A DNA stretch of 64,000 nucleotides from assembly GCA_005887895.1 (NCBI GenBank), contig VBPC01000164.1, positions 3,512 to 67,511 of the forward strand. The letters run 5' to 3'. The stretch comes from Candidatus Rokuibacteriota bacterium. Its GTDB lineage: Bacteria > Methylomirabilota > Methylomirabilia > Rokubacteriales > CSP1-6. Numbering within the stretch: position 1 is the stretch's first letter; each line of letters opens with the position of its first letter. The notes beneath the pieces were generated by a model that was given only the letters and a program-made list of their open reading frames with translations, made no database searches and was not told the DNA's origin. The position numbers and the translations under genes are program-made. Shown here piece after piece: positions 1-9,787 of the stretch.

Positions 1-370
1 GGACAGCGTGATGACGGCGCACGTCTTCAACCGCCGCCTCGACCGCCGTTACCCGGCCACCCTGTCGAGGGCGACGGTGACCGGTCTGCTGCGCGAGCAG
101 ATCGGCTGGCGCGGCGTCGTGGTCAGCGACGATCTGCGCATGGGCGCGATCGAGCAGCACTACGGCCTCGAGGACGCGGCCGTGCTGGCGCTGGAGGCCG
201 GCGTGGACGTCCTCCTGATCGCCGACGATCGCCTGCCCGACGGCGGCTCCGCCTCGGCCCTCGCGCTGGCCGCGATCCGCGTTGCGCTCGAGCGCGGCCG
301 CCTCTCGCCGGACACCGTCGACGCCGCGCTCACCCGGATCGCCGCCCTCCACGCCCGGCGAGGCAGCTAG
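1..370 (+). CDS. nagZ: beta-N-acetylhexosaminidase (GH3, NagZ-like), C-terminal fragment; 5' end lies outside the window
   Basis: ORF 8..370 is open to the left edge. The translation ...ATLSRATVTGLLREQIGWRGVVVSDDLRMGAI...ALEAGVDVLL resembles the C-terminal half of GH3 NagZ enzymes. GC3-rich. Confidence 0.7.
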   Translation, partial: DSVMTAHVFNRRLDRRYPATLSRATVTGLLREQIGWRGVVVSDDLRMGAIEQHYGLEDAAVLALEAGVDVLLIADDRLPDGGSASALALAAIRVALERGRLSPDTVDAALTRIAALHARRGS

Positions 371-1287
371 GCCTCGCCGCCGTCGAGGCCGGCCAGCTCG
401 GCCCGGTGCGGCATCGAGGGCTGGGCGCCGCGTTTCGTGCAGGCCAGCGCGGCGACGACGTTCGCGAAGCGGAGCGCGCCGGCCAGAGGCTGGCGCTCGG
501 CGAGCGCGACCGCGAGCGCCGCGTTGAACGCGTCGCCGGCGCCGGTCGTGTCGACCGCGGTCACGGCGAGCGCCGGCGCGCGGACGTCGCCGGCGGGGCC
601 GGCGGCCAGCGCGCCGGCGGCGCCGAGCGTCAGCACGACGTGCGCCGCGCCCCGGGCGCGGATGGCTGCGGCCACCTTGGCGGCGCCGGCCAGATCCGCC
701 GGCGGCAGGCCCGAGAGACGCGCGGCCTCGGTCTCGTTGGGCGTGACGTAGTCGGCGAGCGCGAGAAAGTCGACGCCGCTGTCCGGAAACGGGGCCGGGT
801 TCAGGATCGTGACGGCGCCGTGACGCCGCGCGACCTCCAGCGCGCGCCGCGCGGTGGCGAGCGGCACCTCCAGCGAGCACACCACGACGTCCGCCCACGC
901 GAAGTCGGCGTCGCGGGCGTCGATGTCGGCCACGCCGAGCCGGCGGTTGGCGCCGGGCGCGACGGCGATCTGGTTGCGCCCCTCGGCGTCGACCACGATC
1001 AAGGCGGTGCCGGTCGCCGCCGCCGAGGTCGTCACGACCGCCGCGGTGCCGATGCCCTCCGCCTCGAGCGCCGCGCGCACCTCGCGTCCCGACGGATCGT
1101 CACCGATGCAGGCGATCAGCCGCACGTCCGCACCGAGGCGGCGCGCCGCCACCGCCTGGTTGGCGCCCTTGCCGCCGCGCGCGATCAGCAGCGTGCCCTC
1201 GCTGACGGTCTCCCCCGGTCGCGGCAAACGCGACAGCGCGACCGTGAAGTCGACGTTGGCGGAGCCGACGATCAGGACGCGGGGCAC
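367..1287 (-). CDS. rbsK: ribokinase (PfkB family)
   Basis: ORF 367..1413 trimmed to GTG at 1287, which overlaps the TGA (1272-1274) of the upstream gene. Motifs VLIVGSANVDF, GGKGANQAVAA and DTTGAGDAFNAALA are PfkB/ribokinase signatures. Confidence 0.85.
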   Translation of the reverse strand: MPRVLIVGSANVDFTVALSRLPRPGETVSEGTLLIARGGKGANQAVAARRLGADVRLIACIGDDPSGREVRAALEAEGIGTAAVVTTSAAATGTALIVVDAEGRNQIAVAPGANRRLGVADIDARDADFAWADVVVCSLEVPLATARRALEVARRHGAVTILNPAPFPDSGVDFLALADYVTPNETEAARLSGLPPADLAGAAKVAAAIRARGAAHVVLTLGAAGALAAGPAGDVRAPALAVTAVDTTGAGDAFNAALAVALAERQPLAGALRFANVVAALACTKRGAQPSMPHRAELAGLDGGEA

Positions 1288-2177
1288 AGGCGATCCAGGA
1301 ACGCGGCGAGGAAGCGCGGGACGTCGACCACGCGGGCCACCCGACAGTTCGGTGGCCCTGCCGCGCGCCGCGTCGTACCGTCGGCGCCGACGGTGAGGCG
1401 CGTCGACTCCCACTGCACGAGCGTCGGATCGATCGCCACGGCGACCGCCAGCGGATCGTGCAGGATCATGCCGGCCGTACCGCGCTCGGCGTCGACGCGG
1501 AAGCCGCGCTCGGTGAACGCGGCGATCCGCGTCGCCAGCGGCCCCGGGCGGCGCGCCAGCGTCCTCGCGAGGTCGGCGCGGACGACCACCGCCTGGCGCG
1601 TGGCGTCGAGCGGGACCAGGTCGAGCCGCAAGCCGGAGTCCAGAACGCGGACGGCGGCCTCGGGATCGACGTGCAGGTTGAACTCCGCGGTCGGGGTGAC
1701 GTTGCCCGGCACGTCCACGGCGCCGCCCATGACGACCACCCGTGCCAGCCGATGCAGCGTCTCGTGGCCGCGCGTGAGGGCGTGGGCCACGTTGGTGAGC
1801 GGGCCGAGAGCAATCAGCGTGAGCGGCTCGGTGGCGTGGCGGGTCATGTCGAGGATGAAGTCGGCGGCGTCGATGGCGGGCAGCGACGGATGCACGGCCG
1901 GCCAGTCCGGCAGGTCGCCGAGGCCATCGACGCCGTGGTAGCCCTTGGCCGTCACCAGCGGCCGAGCCAGCGGCTGGGCGGCGCCCTGCGCGACCGGCGG
2001 CTCGGGCTGCGGCCGCCGCAGCCCGAGCAGGCGAAAGAGGTTCACGGTCGCGTCGTGGACCTCCACGTTGCCGGCCACCGTCGTGATGCCGGCCACGGTC
2101 AGGCCGGGCGAACCCCAGGCGTAGAGCAGCGCCAGGGCGTCGTCGATCCCGGGGTCGGTGTCGATGAGGGCCTGCAT
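1272..2177 (-). CDS. inosine/uridine-preferring nucleoside hydrolase
   Basis: MQALIDTDPGIDDALAL carries the DxDxxxDD fingerprint of IU-nucleoside hydrolases. Start placed at ATG 2177, preceded by AGGGGA. The ORF track begins at a GTG at 2195. Confidence 0.85.
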   Translation of the reverse strand: MQALIDTDPGIDDALALLYAWGSPGLTVAGITTVAGNVEVHDATVNLFRLLGLRRPQPEPPVAQGAAQPLARPLVTAKGYHGVDGLGDLPDWPAVHPSLPAIDAADFILDMTRHATEPLTLIALGPLTNVAHALTRGHETLHRLARVVVMGGAVDVPGNVTPTAEFNLHVDPEAAVRVLDSGLRLDLVPLDATRQAVVVRADLARTLARRPGPLATRIAAFTERGFRVDAERGTAGMILHDPLAVAVAIDPTLVQWESTRLTVGADGTTRRAAGPPNCRVARVVDVPRFLAAFLDRLCPAS

Positions 2178-2198
2178 CGAATCCCCTGATGTCACGCC

Positions 2199-2221
2199 AT
2201 CGTCATATACAATATCGTCAT
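2199..2221 (+). promoter_or_regulatory. putative promoter: TACAAT -10 hexamer (2208-2213) flanked by an exact 8-nt direct repeat ATCGTCAT
   Basis: This is the only AT-rich patch in the 68-nt divergent spacer between the nucleoside hydrolase and the SelW-like gene. Sequence: ATCGTCAT-A-TACAAT-ATCGTCAT. Confidence 0.4.
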
Positions 2222-2245
2222 CCAGTCGGGGGGGGAGGTGGAGCG

Positions 2246-2473
2246 ATGGACATCGAGATCCTGTACTGCGGGGAGTGAAACTACCTGCCCCAGGCCTCCA
2301 GTTTGCAGGCCGCCATCAAGGACAAGTACGGCATCACCGCCCGCCTGAAGGAAGGTGTGGGCGGCATCTTCGAGGTCTTCCTCGACGGGCAGACGGCGTA
2401 CACCAACCAGGACACGTACCGGTTCCCGACGGACGAAGAGATCTTCGCGAAGATCGACGCCGCTAGGAAGTAG
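2246..2473 (+). CDS. SelW-like (Rdx family) selenoprotein, 75 aa, with in-frame UGA (Sec) at 2276-2278
   Basis: GGAGG lies 7 nt before ATG 2246. Translation: MDIEILYCGE-U-NYLPQASSLQAAIKDKYGITARLKEGVGGIFEVFLDGQTAYTNQDTYRFPTDEEIFAKIDAARK. It has a CxxU motif plus GxFEV and RFP motifs. GC3 bias continues across the TGA. No competing credible ORF covers this region. Confidence 0.8.
2293..2311 (+). promoter_or_regulatory. candidate bacterial SECIS hairpin (GGCCU-CCAGUUUGC-AGGCC)
   Basis: 5-bp stem with a 9-nt GU-containing loop, starting 14 nt after the in-frame UGA. An alternative CCUGC/GCAGG pairing is also possible. Confidence 0.35.
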
Positions 2474-3734
2474 CGAGCGCACGCTCGAGCTCCCCCCGAA
2501 AGCGCGGGTGGGCCACGGTGATCAACGCCGTGGCCCTCGCCCGATCCGACAGTCCCCGCACCTGCGTCGCCCCGTGCTCGGTCACCACCCAGTCGGCGAG
2601 ATAGCGGGGCGTGGTCACCGCGGCGCCGGTGGCCAGCTGCGGCACGATCCGCGACACGGCGCCCTCTCGCCCCGTGGACGGCAGCGCGATGATCGAGGCG
2701 CCGCCCGGCGAGCGCGAGGCGCCCAGCACGAAGTCGAACTGGCCGCCGATGCCGGCCACCTGCCGCACGCCGAGGCTCTCGGCGGTCACCTGCCCGGCCA
2801 GGTCGATCTCCAGCGCCGAGTTGATCGACACGAATCGCTCGATGCCCGCGACGATCTCCGGATCGTGAACGAACGCCGACGACTCCATGTTGACGACGTC
2901 GTTGTCGTGGAGGAAGTCGAACGTGCGCCGCGTGCCCATCGCCTCGGCGATGTCGAGCCGGCCGCGATGCAGTCGCTTGCGGGCGCCGGTCACCACGCCG
3001 CGCTCGATCAGCGCCACGCCCGGATCGACCAGCAGCGAGTGCAGGGCGAGGTCGCGATGGCCGCTCAGCGCCTCCAGCACCGCCTGCGGGATGGCGCCGA
3101 CACCGACCTGCACGGTGGCGCCATCGGGCACGAGGGCGGCGACGTGCCGGCCGATCGCGCGCTCGACGTCGCCGACGACGGGCGCCGGATACTCGACCAG
3201 CGGCTCGTCGATCTCCACCCAGGCGTCGACCTGGCTCGCGTGCAGCCAGCCGTGGCCCCGCGCGCGCGGCATGTTCGGATTGACCTGGGCGACGACGAGC
3301 GGGGCGAGGCGGGCCGCCGGCAGCGTCACGCCGACCGCGACGCCGAGGCTCAGATAACCGCCGGCGTCGGGCGGTGCCGTGTGGACGAGCACGGCATCCG
3401 GCGCCCACCGACCACCGCGAGCGAACTCGGTCACGACGTCGAAGTAGCGGATCGGGACGAACTCCACGCGGCCACGCAGCCGCGCGTCCTCGAGCCGTGG
3501 CGACATGTGCCAGGTGGCGTAGCGGAGCTCCGCGTGCGCGGGCCGCGCCCAGGGATAGTCGCCGAGGTGGAGGCCGCCCATGAGGGTGAGATCGACGAGC
3601 CGCGCCGACTGCCGGCAGACCTCGGCGACCAGCGCGCGCGGCTCGCCGCAGCCCGGCGGCAGCAGCACGCGCATGCCGGGGCGCAGCCGCTCGACCGCTT
3701 CGCTCGCCGACGTCTTCGCGAACGCGCGCGCCAT
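2463..3734 (-). CDS. acetyl-CoA hydrolase/transferase family protein (4-hydroxybutyrate CoA-transferase-like)
   Basis: GIGGQFDFVLGA and the C-terminal VVTEHGATQVRGLSDRARATALITVAHPRFRGEL are typical of this family. Start placed at ATG 3734. The 3' end overlaps the convergent SelW-like gene by 11 nt. Confidence 0.85.
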   Translation of the reverse strand: MARAFAKTSASEAVERLRPGMRVLLPPGCGEPRALVAEVCRQSARLVDLTLMGGLHLGDYPWARPAHAELRYATWHMSPRLEDARLRGRVEFVPIRYFDVVTEFARGGRWAPDAVLVHTAPPDAGGYLSLGVAVGVTLPAARLAPLVVAQVNPNMPRARGHGWLHASQVDAWVEIDEPLVEYPAPVVGDVERAIGRHVAALVPDGATVQVGVGAIPQAVLEALSGHRDLALHSLLVDPGVALIERGVVTGARKRLHRGRLDIAEAMGTRRTFDFLHDNDVVNMESSAFVHDPEIVAGIERFVSINSALEIDLAGQVTAESLGVRQVAGIGGQFDFVLGASRSPGGASIIALPSTGREGAVSRIVPQLATGAAVTTPRYLADWVVTEHGATQVRGLSDRARATALITVAHPRFRGELERALATS

Positions 3735-3743
3735 GGCGTCCGC

Positions 3744-3749
3744 TATATA
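3744..3749 (-). promoter_or_regulatory. -10-like TATATA, 9 nt upstream of ATG 3734 (possible leaderless start)
   Basis: Minus strand reads TATATA-gcggacgcc-ATG. No SD at normal spacing. Confidence 0.3.
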
Positions 3750-3780
3750 CACCTTCCGACCGCCGCCGGCGGGCGATAAA

Positions 3781-3966
3781 ATGGCGCGCGTGACCCGAGC
3801 GCGATGGCTGCTCCTCCTGCTCGTCCTCACAGCCATCGCGGGCTGCGCCTCCTACGCGCCGCCGCCGCCGCGACAGAGTCAGACGCCGCGCGCCCGCTGC
3901 CTCACCGATCCCAACGAGACCGGCACGCGGCCGCTGTTCTTCCTCTTCTGCGTCGAAAGCCCGTAG
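3781..3966 (+). CDS. small lipoprotein (61 aa), hypothetical
   Basis: MARVTRARWLLLLLVLTAIAGC has a signal peptide with an IAGC lipobox. High GC3. Confidence 0.55.
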   Translation: MARVTRARWLLLLLVLTAIAGCASYAPPPPRQSQTPRARCLTDPNETGTRPLFFLFCVESP

Positions 3967-3990
3967 CGCCGGTCGACCGAGCGCACGAAC

Positions 3991-4152
3991 GGTCAGCGGG
4001 AGACGGCCGCGCGGCGGGGTCTGTGGCTACCACGAGGGCTGTGGCCGACTCGAGGCCGCCTTGGCTGGGCTCCATCGGGCTGGGGGGCGTGCGTTGATGC
4101 GAGGCTGGAACGGGGCCCACAGACCCCGCCGCACGGCCGCCTCCCGCTGACC
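3991..4152. repeat. 162-nt element with 36-nt imperfect inverted arms (3991-4026 / 4117-4152, 2 mismatches) around a 90-nt spacer
   Basis: The reverse complement of ggtcagcgggagacggccgcgcggcggggtctgtgg matches ccacagaccccgccgcacggccgcctcccgctgacc at 34 of 36 positions. It lies in the 271-nt spacer between the lipoprotein gene and the SDR gene. Confidence 0.8.
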
Positions 4153-4237
4153 TGCGCGCGACGTTCAGCCGACGCACGTCAGCGTCGGGGAGCGCGAGGG
4201 GCCGGGCGCGCGCCCGCGTGATAACGTGAGGCTGGCG

Positions 4238-5008
4238 ATGCGGGTGGCGATGGTGACGGGGGGGAGCCGGGGGATCGGGCGGGCGATCGCGGCCGCGCTG
4301 GTGCGCGAGGGGTTGAGCGTGGCGGTGGCGGCGCGCGATCGCGAGCAGGTGGCCAAAGTCGCCGACGAGTTGCGCGCGGGCGGCGGCGTGTCGGTGCTGG
4401 CGGTGGCGCTCGACGTGACCGATGCGACGTCGGTCGAGGCGGCGTGCGCGAGGACCGCGGCCGAGCTCGGCCCGGTCGACGTGCTCGTGAACAATGCCGG
4501 GATCGCCGAGTCGGCGCCGTTCGGCAAGACGACGGTGGAGTCGTGGGAGCGGCACCTGCGCGTCAACGTGACGGGGCCGTATCTGATGACGCGGGCGCTG
4601 CTCGGCGGAATGCTCGAGCGCGGCTGGGGCCGCGTGATCAACGTCGCGTCGCTGGCCGGGCTCTACGGATCCCCGTACGTCACGGCGTACACGACGTCCA
4701 AGCACGCGCTGGTCGGGTTCACGCGGGCGCTGGCCACCGAGGTCAGCGGCAAGGGCGTCACGGTCAACGCGATCTGTCCGGGCTTCGCCGCGACCGACAT
4801 GGTCTGGAACGGCGCGCACAACATCGCCGCCCGGACCGGGCGGTCGTTCGAGGACGCGGTCGCCTCGCTGGCACGCATGAATCCCGGGGGACGGCTCATC
4901 GAGCCCGAGGAGATCGCCGACGAGGTCCGGCGCCTCGTGGGCGATGACACGATCAACGGCGAGGCCGTCGTCCTCGACGGCTCGACGCCGCAACGGAGGA
5001 CGTCATGA
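4238..5008 (+). CDS. SDR family oxidoreductase (3-oxoacyl-ACP reductase / 3-hydroxyacyl-CoA dehydrogenase-like)
   Basis: VTGGSRGIGRAIA (TGxxxGxG) and YTTSKHALVG (YxxxK). GAGG lies 7 nt before ATG 4238. The ORF track starts at GTG 4226. Confidence 0.85.
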   Translation: MRVAMVTGGSRGIGRAIAAALVREGLSVAVAARDREQVAKVADELRAGGGVSVLAVALDVTDATSVEAACARTAAELGPVDVLVNNAGIAESAPFGKTTVESWERHLRVNVTGPYLMTRALLGGMLERGWGRVINVASLAGLYGSPYVTAYTTSKHALVGFTRALATEVSGKGVTVNAICPGFAATDMVWNGAHNIAARTGRSFEDAVASLARMNPGGRLIEPEEIADEVRRLVGDDTINGEAVVLDGSTPQRRTS

Positions 5009-5418
5009 AGGAGCACATCTCCGCGGTGCTGCCGCACACGCTGCCCAAGCCGGCCGGTTTCTCGTACGGGTTCGAGGTCAAGCATGGCCGCCTGCTGTTC
5101 ATCGCCGGCCAGGTCGCGCGCGACCAGAACAACGCCGTGGTCGGCAAGGGCGACCTCGTGGCGCAGTTTCGCCAGGTCTGTCGCAACATCCAGGCGGTCG
5201 TGAGCGCGGCCGGCGGCGACATGACCGACGTCGTCAAGCTGACGATCTACGTCCTCGACGTCGCCGACTACAAGGCCCGGCTGCGCGAGATCGGCGGCGT
5301 GTACCGCGACTACTTCGGCAAGCACTTCCCGGCCATGACGCTCGTCGGCGCCCGCGATCTCTTCGACGCCGCCGACGGCTGCCTCATCGAGATCGAGGGC
5401 GTCGCCGCGCTGGCATGA
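5005..5418 (+). CDS. RidA/YjgF/endoribonuclease L-PSP family protein
   Basis: ...LFIAGQVARD...DVVKLTIYV...IEIEGVA pattern. GGAGGA SD. ATGA overlap with the SDR stop. Confidence 0.85.
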   Translation: MKEHISAVLPHTLPKPAGFSYGFEVKHGRLLFIAGQVARDQNNAVVGKGDLVAQFRQVCRNIQAVVSAAGGDMTDVVKLTIYVLDVADYKARLREIGGVYRDYFGKHFPAMTLVGARDLFDAADGCLIEIEGVAALA

Positions 5419-7057
5419 CCCCCGACCTGGCCGGTTCGCTGCCCGAGCCGCGGCTCCTGCCCGAGCGGGTCTACACGCTGCCCGAGCTGCGCTATCCCGG
5501 GCGGCTCAACGTCGGCGCCGCCCTGCTCGACGCCAACTCGGAAGGCGGCCGCGCCGGACGGCCGGCGATTCATGCCGGCGCCGAGACGCTGACCTATGGC
5601 GAGCTCGCCCGCCGGGTGAACCGCCTGGCCCACGGCCTCCGCGCGTCGGGACTCGAGCGCGGCGACCGCGTGCTGCTGCGATTGCCGAACGTCGCGGAGT
5701 TCATCGTGGCCTGGCTCGCCTGCCAGAAGGCGGGCATCGTGACCGTCGGCACCATGCCGATGCTGCGCGCCCGCGAGCTGGCCTATGTCGCCAACGACGC
5801 CGGCACGCGCGCGGCCATCGTGTGGGGCGGCCTGCGCGAGGAGCTGGAGCGCGCCCGCGAGCAGGCGCCAGCGCTCCGCCGGCTGATCGTCGCCGGCGAG
5901 GCGCGCGGCGGCGACGTGACGCTCGACACGCTGGCGACCGGACATCCGGAGCGCTTCACCGCGGTCGAGACCGATCGCGACGAGATCGCGATGATCGCCT
6001 ACACCTCGGGCTCGACGGGCGTGCCGAAGGGGTGCGTCCACTTTCATCGCGATATTCTGGCGTCGGCCGACTCCTACGCGCGCCACGTCCTGCGGCCGAC
6101 GGAGGACGACCGGTTCGGCGGCCATCCCACGCTCGCCTTCACGTTCGGCACCGGCGGCCTGCTCGTCTTTCCCTTCCGGTTCGGCGCCTCGACCGTCCTC
6201 GGCCCGCCGTTCTCGCCGGAGTCCATGCTGGAGACCTTCGCGCGCCGGCGGGTGACGATCGGCTTCTGTGCGCCGACGTCGTACCGGCTCATGCTCGGCG
6301 TGCCGGACCTGGCCCGACGCTTCGACCTCGGCGCGCTCCGCCTCGGCGTGTCGGCGGCGGAGCCGCTGCCGGCGGCAACCTGGGAGGCGTGGCGCAAGGT
6401 GACCGGCGTGGAGCTGCTCGACGGCATCGGCTCGACGGAGATGTTCCACATCTTCGTCTCGTCCTTGCCCGGCCGCGTGCGGCCGGGCGCGACCGGCGAG
6501 CCGGTGCCCGGCTACGACTGCCGCGTCGTGGACGACGACGGCCGCGAGGTGGAGCCGGGCCGGGAAGGCCTCATCGCCATCAAGGGACCGACGGGATGCA
6601 AGTACTGGCGCAAACCGGACCGCCAGGCCGAGTACGTGCGCTTCGGGGGCTGGAACGTGACGGGCGACGTCTACGTCCAGGACGCCGACGGCTATCTCAC
6701 CTACCAGTGCCGCTCCGACGACATGATCGTCTCCGGCGGCTACAAGATCCCGGGGCCGGAGGTCGAGCACGTCCTCGACGAGCACCCGGCGGTGGCCGAG
6801 TCCGCCGTGGTGGCCGCGCCCGACCCGACGCGCGGCTTCGTGGCCAAGGCCTTCGTGGTCCTGCGCGCGCCCCACCGGCCCTCCCCCGCGCTGGTCGGCG
6901 AGCTGCAAGAGCACGTCAAGCGCGAGCTGGCCCCCTACAAGTACCCGCGCGCGGTCGAGTTCGTCGAGCGGCTGCCGCGCACCGAGACCGGCAAGATCCA
7001 GCGCTACATCCTCCGCAAGGCCGACGTCGTTCCGTACGACCCGGACAACCCCGCGCG

Positions 7058-7061
<4 letters not shown>
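5415..7061 (+). CDS. AMP-dependent aryl-CoA ligase (benzoate / 2-aminobenzoate-CoA ligase family)
   Basis: AMP-binding motif YTSGSTGVPKG, plus GGYKIPGPEVE and PRTETGKIQR. Start placed at ATG 5415 (ATGA overlap with the RidA stop). The 705-aa track ORF has a spurious N-terminal extension. Confidence 0.85.
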
Positions 7062-8485
<1,424 letters not shown>

Positions 8486-8495
8486 ACTCAGCGCG

Positions 8496-8777
8496 ATGAC
8501 GCTGCCCCGAACGGTCGCGTGCGTGCTCCTGGTGGCGCTGGCCCTCGTGCCGGCGCTCGGGCTCGCCGGCGACGACCTCTCGGCCTCGCCGATCGGCAAG
8601 CACCACGGCGCCCGCCTGCACCACCGGCCCGACCGCACGTGGCGGACCGTGCCCACGACGCTCGAGCGCTCGACGTTCGCGCCGGCGGGGGCGCCGGCCG
8701 AGCGCCTGAAGGCGGTCGACGTCGCGATCTCCCTGCCACTGGTCGTCCGCGTTCCGTTCGTCCCTCCGCGCGGCTGA
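8496..8777 (+). CDS. hypothetical secreted protein (93 aa)
   Basis: N-terminal signal peptide MTLPRTVACVLLVALALVPALGLAG. High GC3. No family recognised. Confidence 0.5.
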   Translation: MTLPRTVACVLLVALALVPALGLAGDDLSASPIGKHHGARLHHRPDRTWRTVPTTLERSTFAPAGAPAERLKAVDVAISLPLVVRVPFVPPRG

Positions 8778-8842
8778 CACACCCCGTCCGTTCGCACGCA
8801 TCGCCACATCGACGGTGCGGACCATGCAAAGGGAGGTGGGTC

Positions 8843-9043
8843 ATGCACGCACGCTCGGAATTCGTCACGCAGCTACGCGCCCTCGAGTGGGTGGGGGACC
8901 AGATGTTTCGTCGGGACCTCCAGCGCCTGGGCGCGGTCGCGGACGTCGCGTTCTTCCGCTCGTTCTACCTCGCCCACGCGCGGCAGCTGCTCGGCCACCT
9001 GGACGGCACCGTGCTGCAGATACGCGGCGGCGCGCGCTCATGA
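8843..9043 (+). CDS. hypothetical protein (66 aa)
   Basis: GGAGGTGG SD before ATG 8843. High GC3. ATGA overlap with the downstream TauE start. Confidence 0.5.
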   Translation: MHARSEFVTQLRALEWVGDQMFRRDLQRLGAVADVAFFRSFYLAHARQLLGHLDGTVLQIRGGARS

Positions 9044-9787
9044 GTCCTCTCGAGTTCGTGGCCGCGCTCTTCGCGACCTCGCTGGCGGCCGGCGGCGCCG
9101 GAGCCGTACTCGGGCTCGGCGGAGGCATCCTCCTGATCCCCATCCTGACCCTGGTCTACGGCGTCGACCTGCATCCTCGCGCTGGCCACCGTGGCGGGCG
9201 CCCTGGTCGGCGCGGCGCTGGCCGGCGTCGTGCCCACCCGTGCGCTGCAGCTCCTGCTCGGGCTCGCGCTCGCCTACTCCACCGTCGCCACGCTCCGGCA
9301 GCTCCGCCTCGAGCTGCCGGAGGCCGGCGAGGCCGATCCGCTGGCGATGCGGTTCGGGCTGGAGGGCAGCTACTACGACGGCGCACGCGACCGCGACGTC
9401 AAGTACCGGGCGACGCGGGTGCGCCTGGGCTTCGCCGCCATGTTCGGCGCCGGGCTGCTGTCGGGGCTGCTCGGCATCGGCAGCGGCGCCTTCAAGGTGC
9501 TCGCCATGGACCACTTCATGCGCCTGCCCATGAAGGTGTCGACGGCGACGAGCAACTTCATGATCGGCATCACGTCGGCGGCCAGCGCGGGCGTCTACTT
9601 CGCGCGGGGCGACATCCATCCGATGCTGGCCGCTCCGGTCGCCGTCGGCGTCCTGGTCGGCGCCGCTGGCGGCACCCGGCTCATGTCCCGCCTGCGCAAC
9701 ACGACCGTGCGCAAGATCTTCCTGCCGGTTCTCGGCTGGCTGGCGGTGTCGATGATCCTGCGCGGCCTGGGCGTCGGGCTGCCATGA
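9040..9787 (+). pseudogene. TauE/SafE (DUF81) family anion exporter, disrupted by a frameshift plus loss of about 30 codons
   Basis: The N-terminal 44 codons (MSPLEFVAALFATSLAAGGAGAVLGLGGGILLIPILTLVYGVDL) are in one frame. The rest (ILALATVAGALVGAALAGVVPTRALQ... to 9787) is in another frame. The usual AIGTSL-type TM segment between them is absent. Confidence 0.7.

Noticed and set aside
367-370. Overlapping convergent stop codons: CTAG shared by nagZ and rbsK, and the 11-nt overlap of the SelW-like and CoA-transferase 3' ends at 2463-2473.
   Set aside because: Compact convergent ends are common in dense high-GC genomes, and nothing suggests a specific regulatory role.
406-1941. 511-aa ORF on the plus strand, one example of many long ORFs in the track. 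Others: 2281-3408(-), 2355-3779(+), 3902-4993(-), 5310-6914(-), 7397-8848(-), 12924-15221(-), 18253-20502(-), 22370-24355(+), 25272-28274(+), 36542-39673(+), 50653-54195(+), 59806-61206(-).
   Set aside because: These are Arg/Pro/Gly/Ala-rich translations with no family resemblance. Each lies antisense or out of frame to a gene with clear family motifs and proper GC3 bias. They are typical shadow ORFs of high-GC DNA.
4944-5414. N-terminal extension of about 157 codons on the aryl-CoA ligase ORF (track ORF 4944-7061).
   Set aside because: The extension is Arg-rich and overlaps the well-supported RidA gene in another frame. ATG 5415, with ATGA coupling, gives a normal-length ligase.
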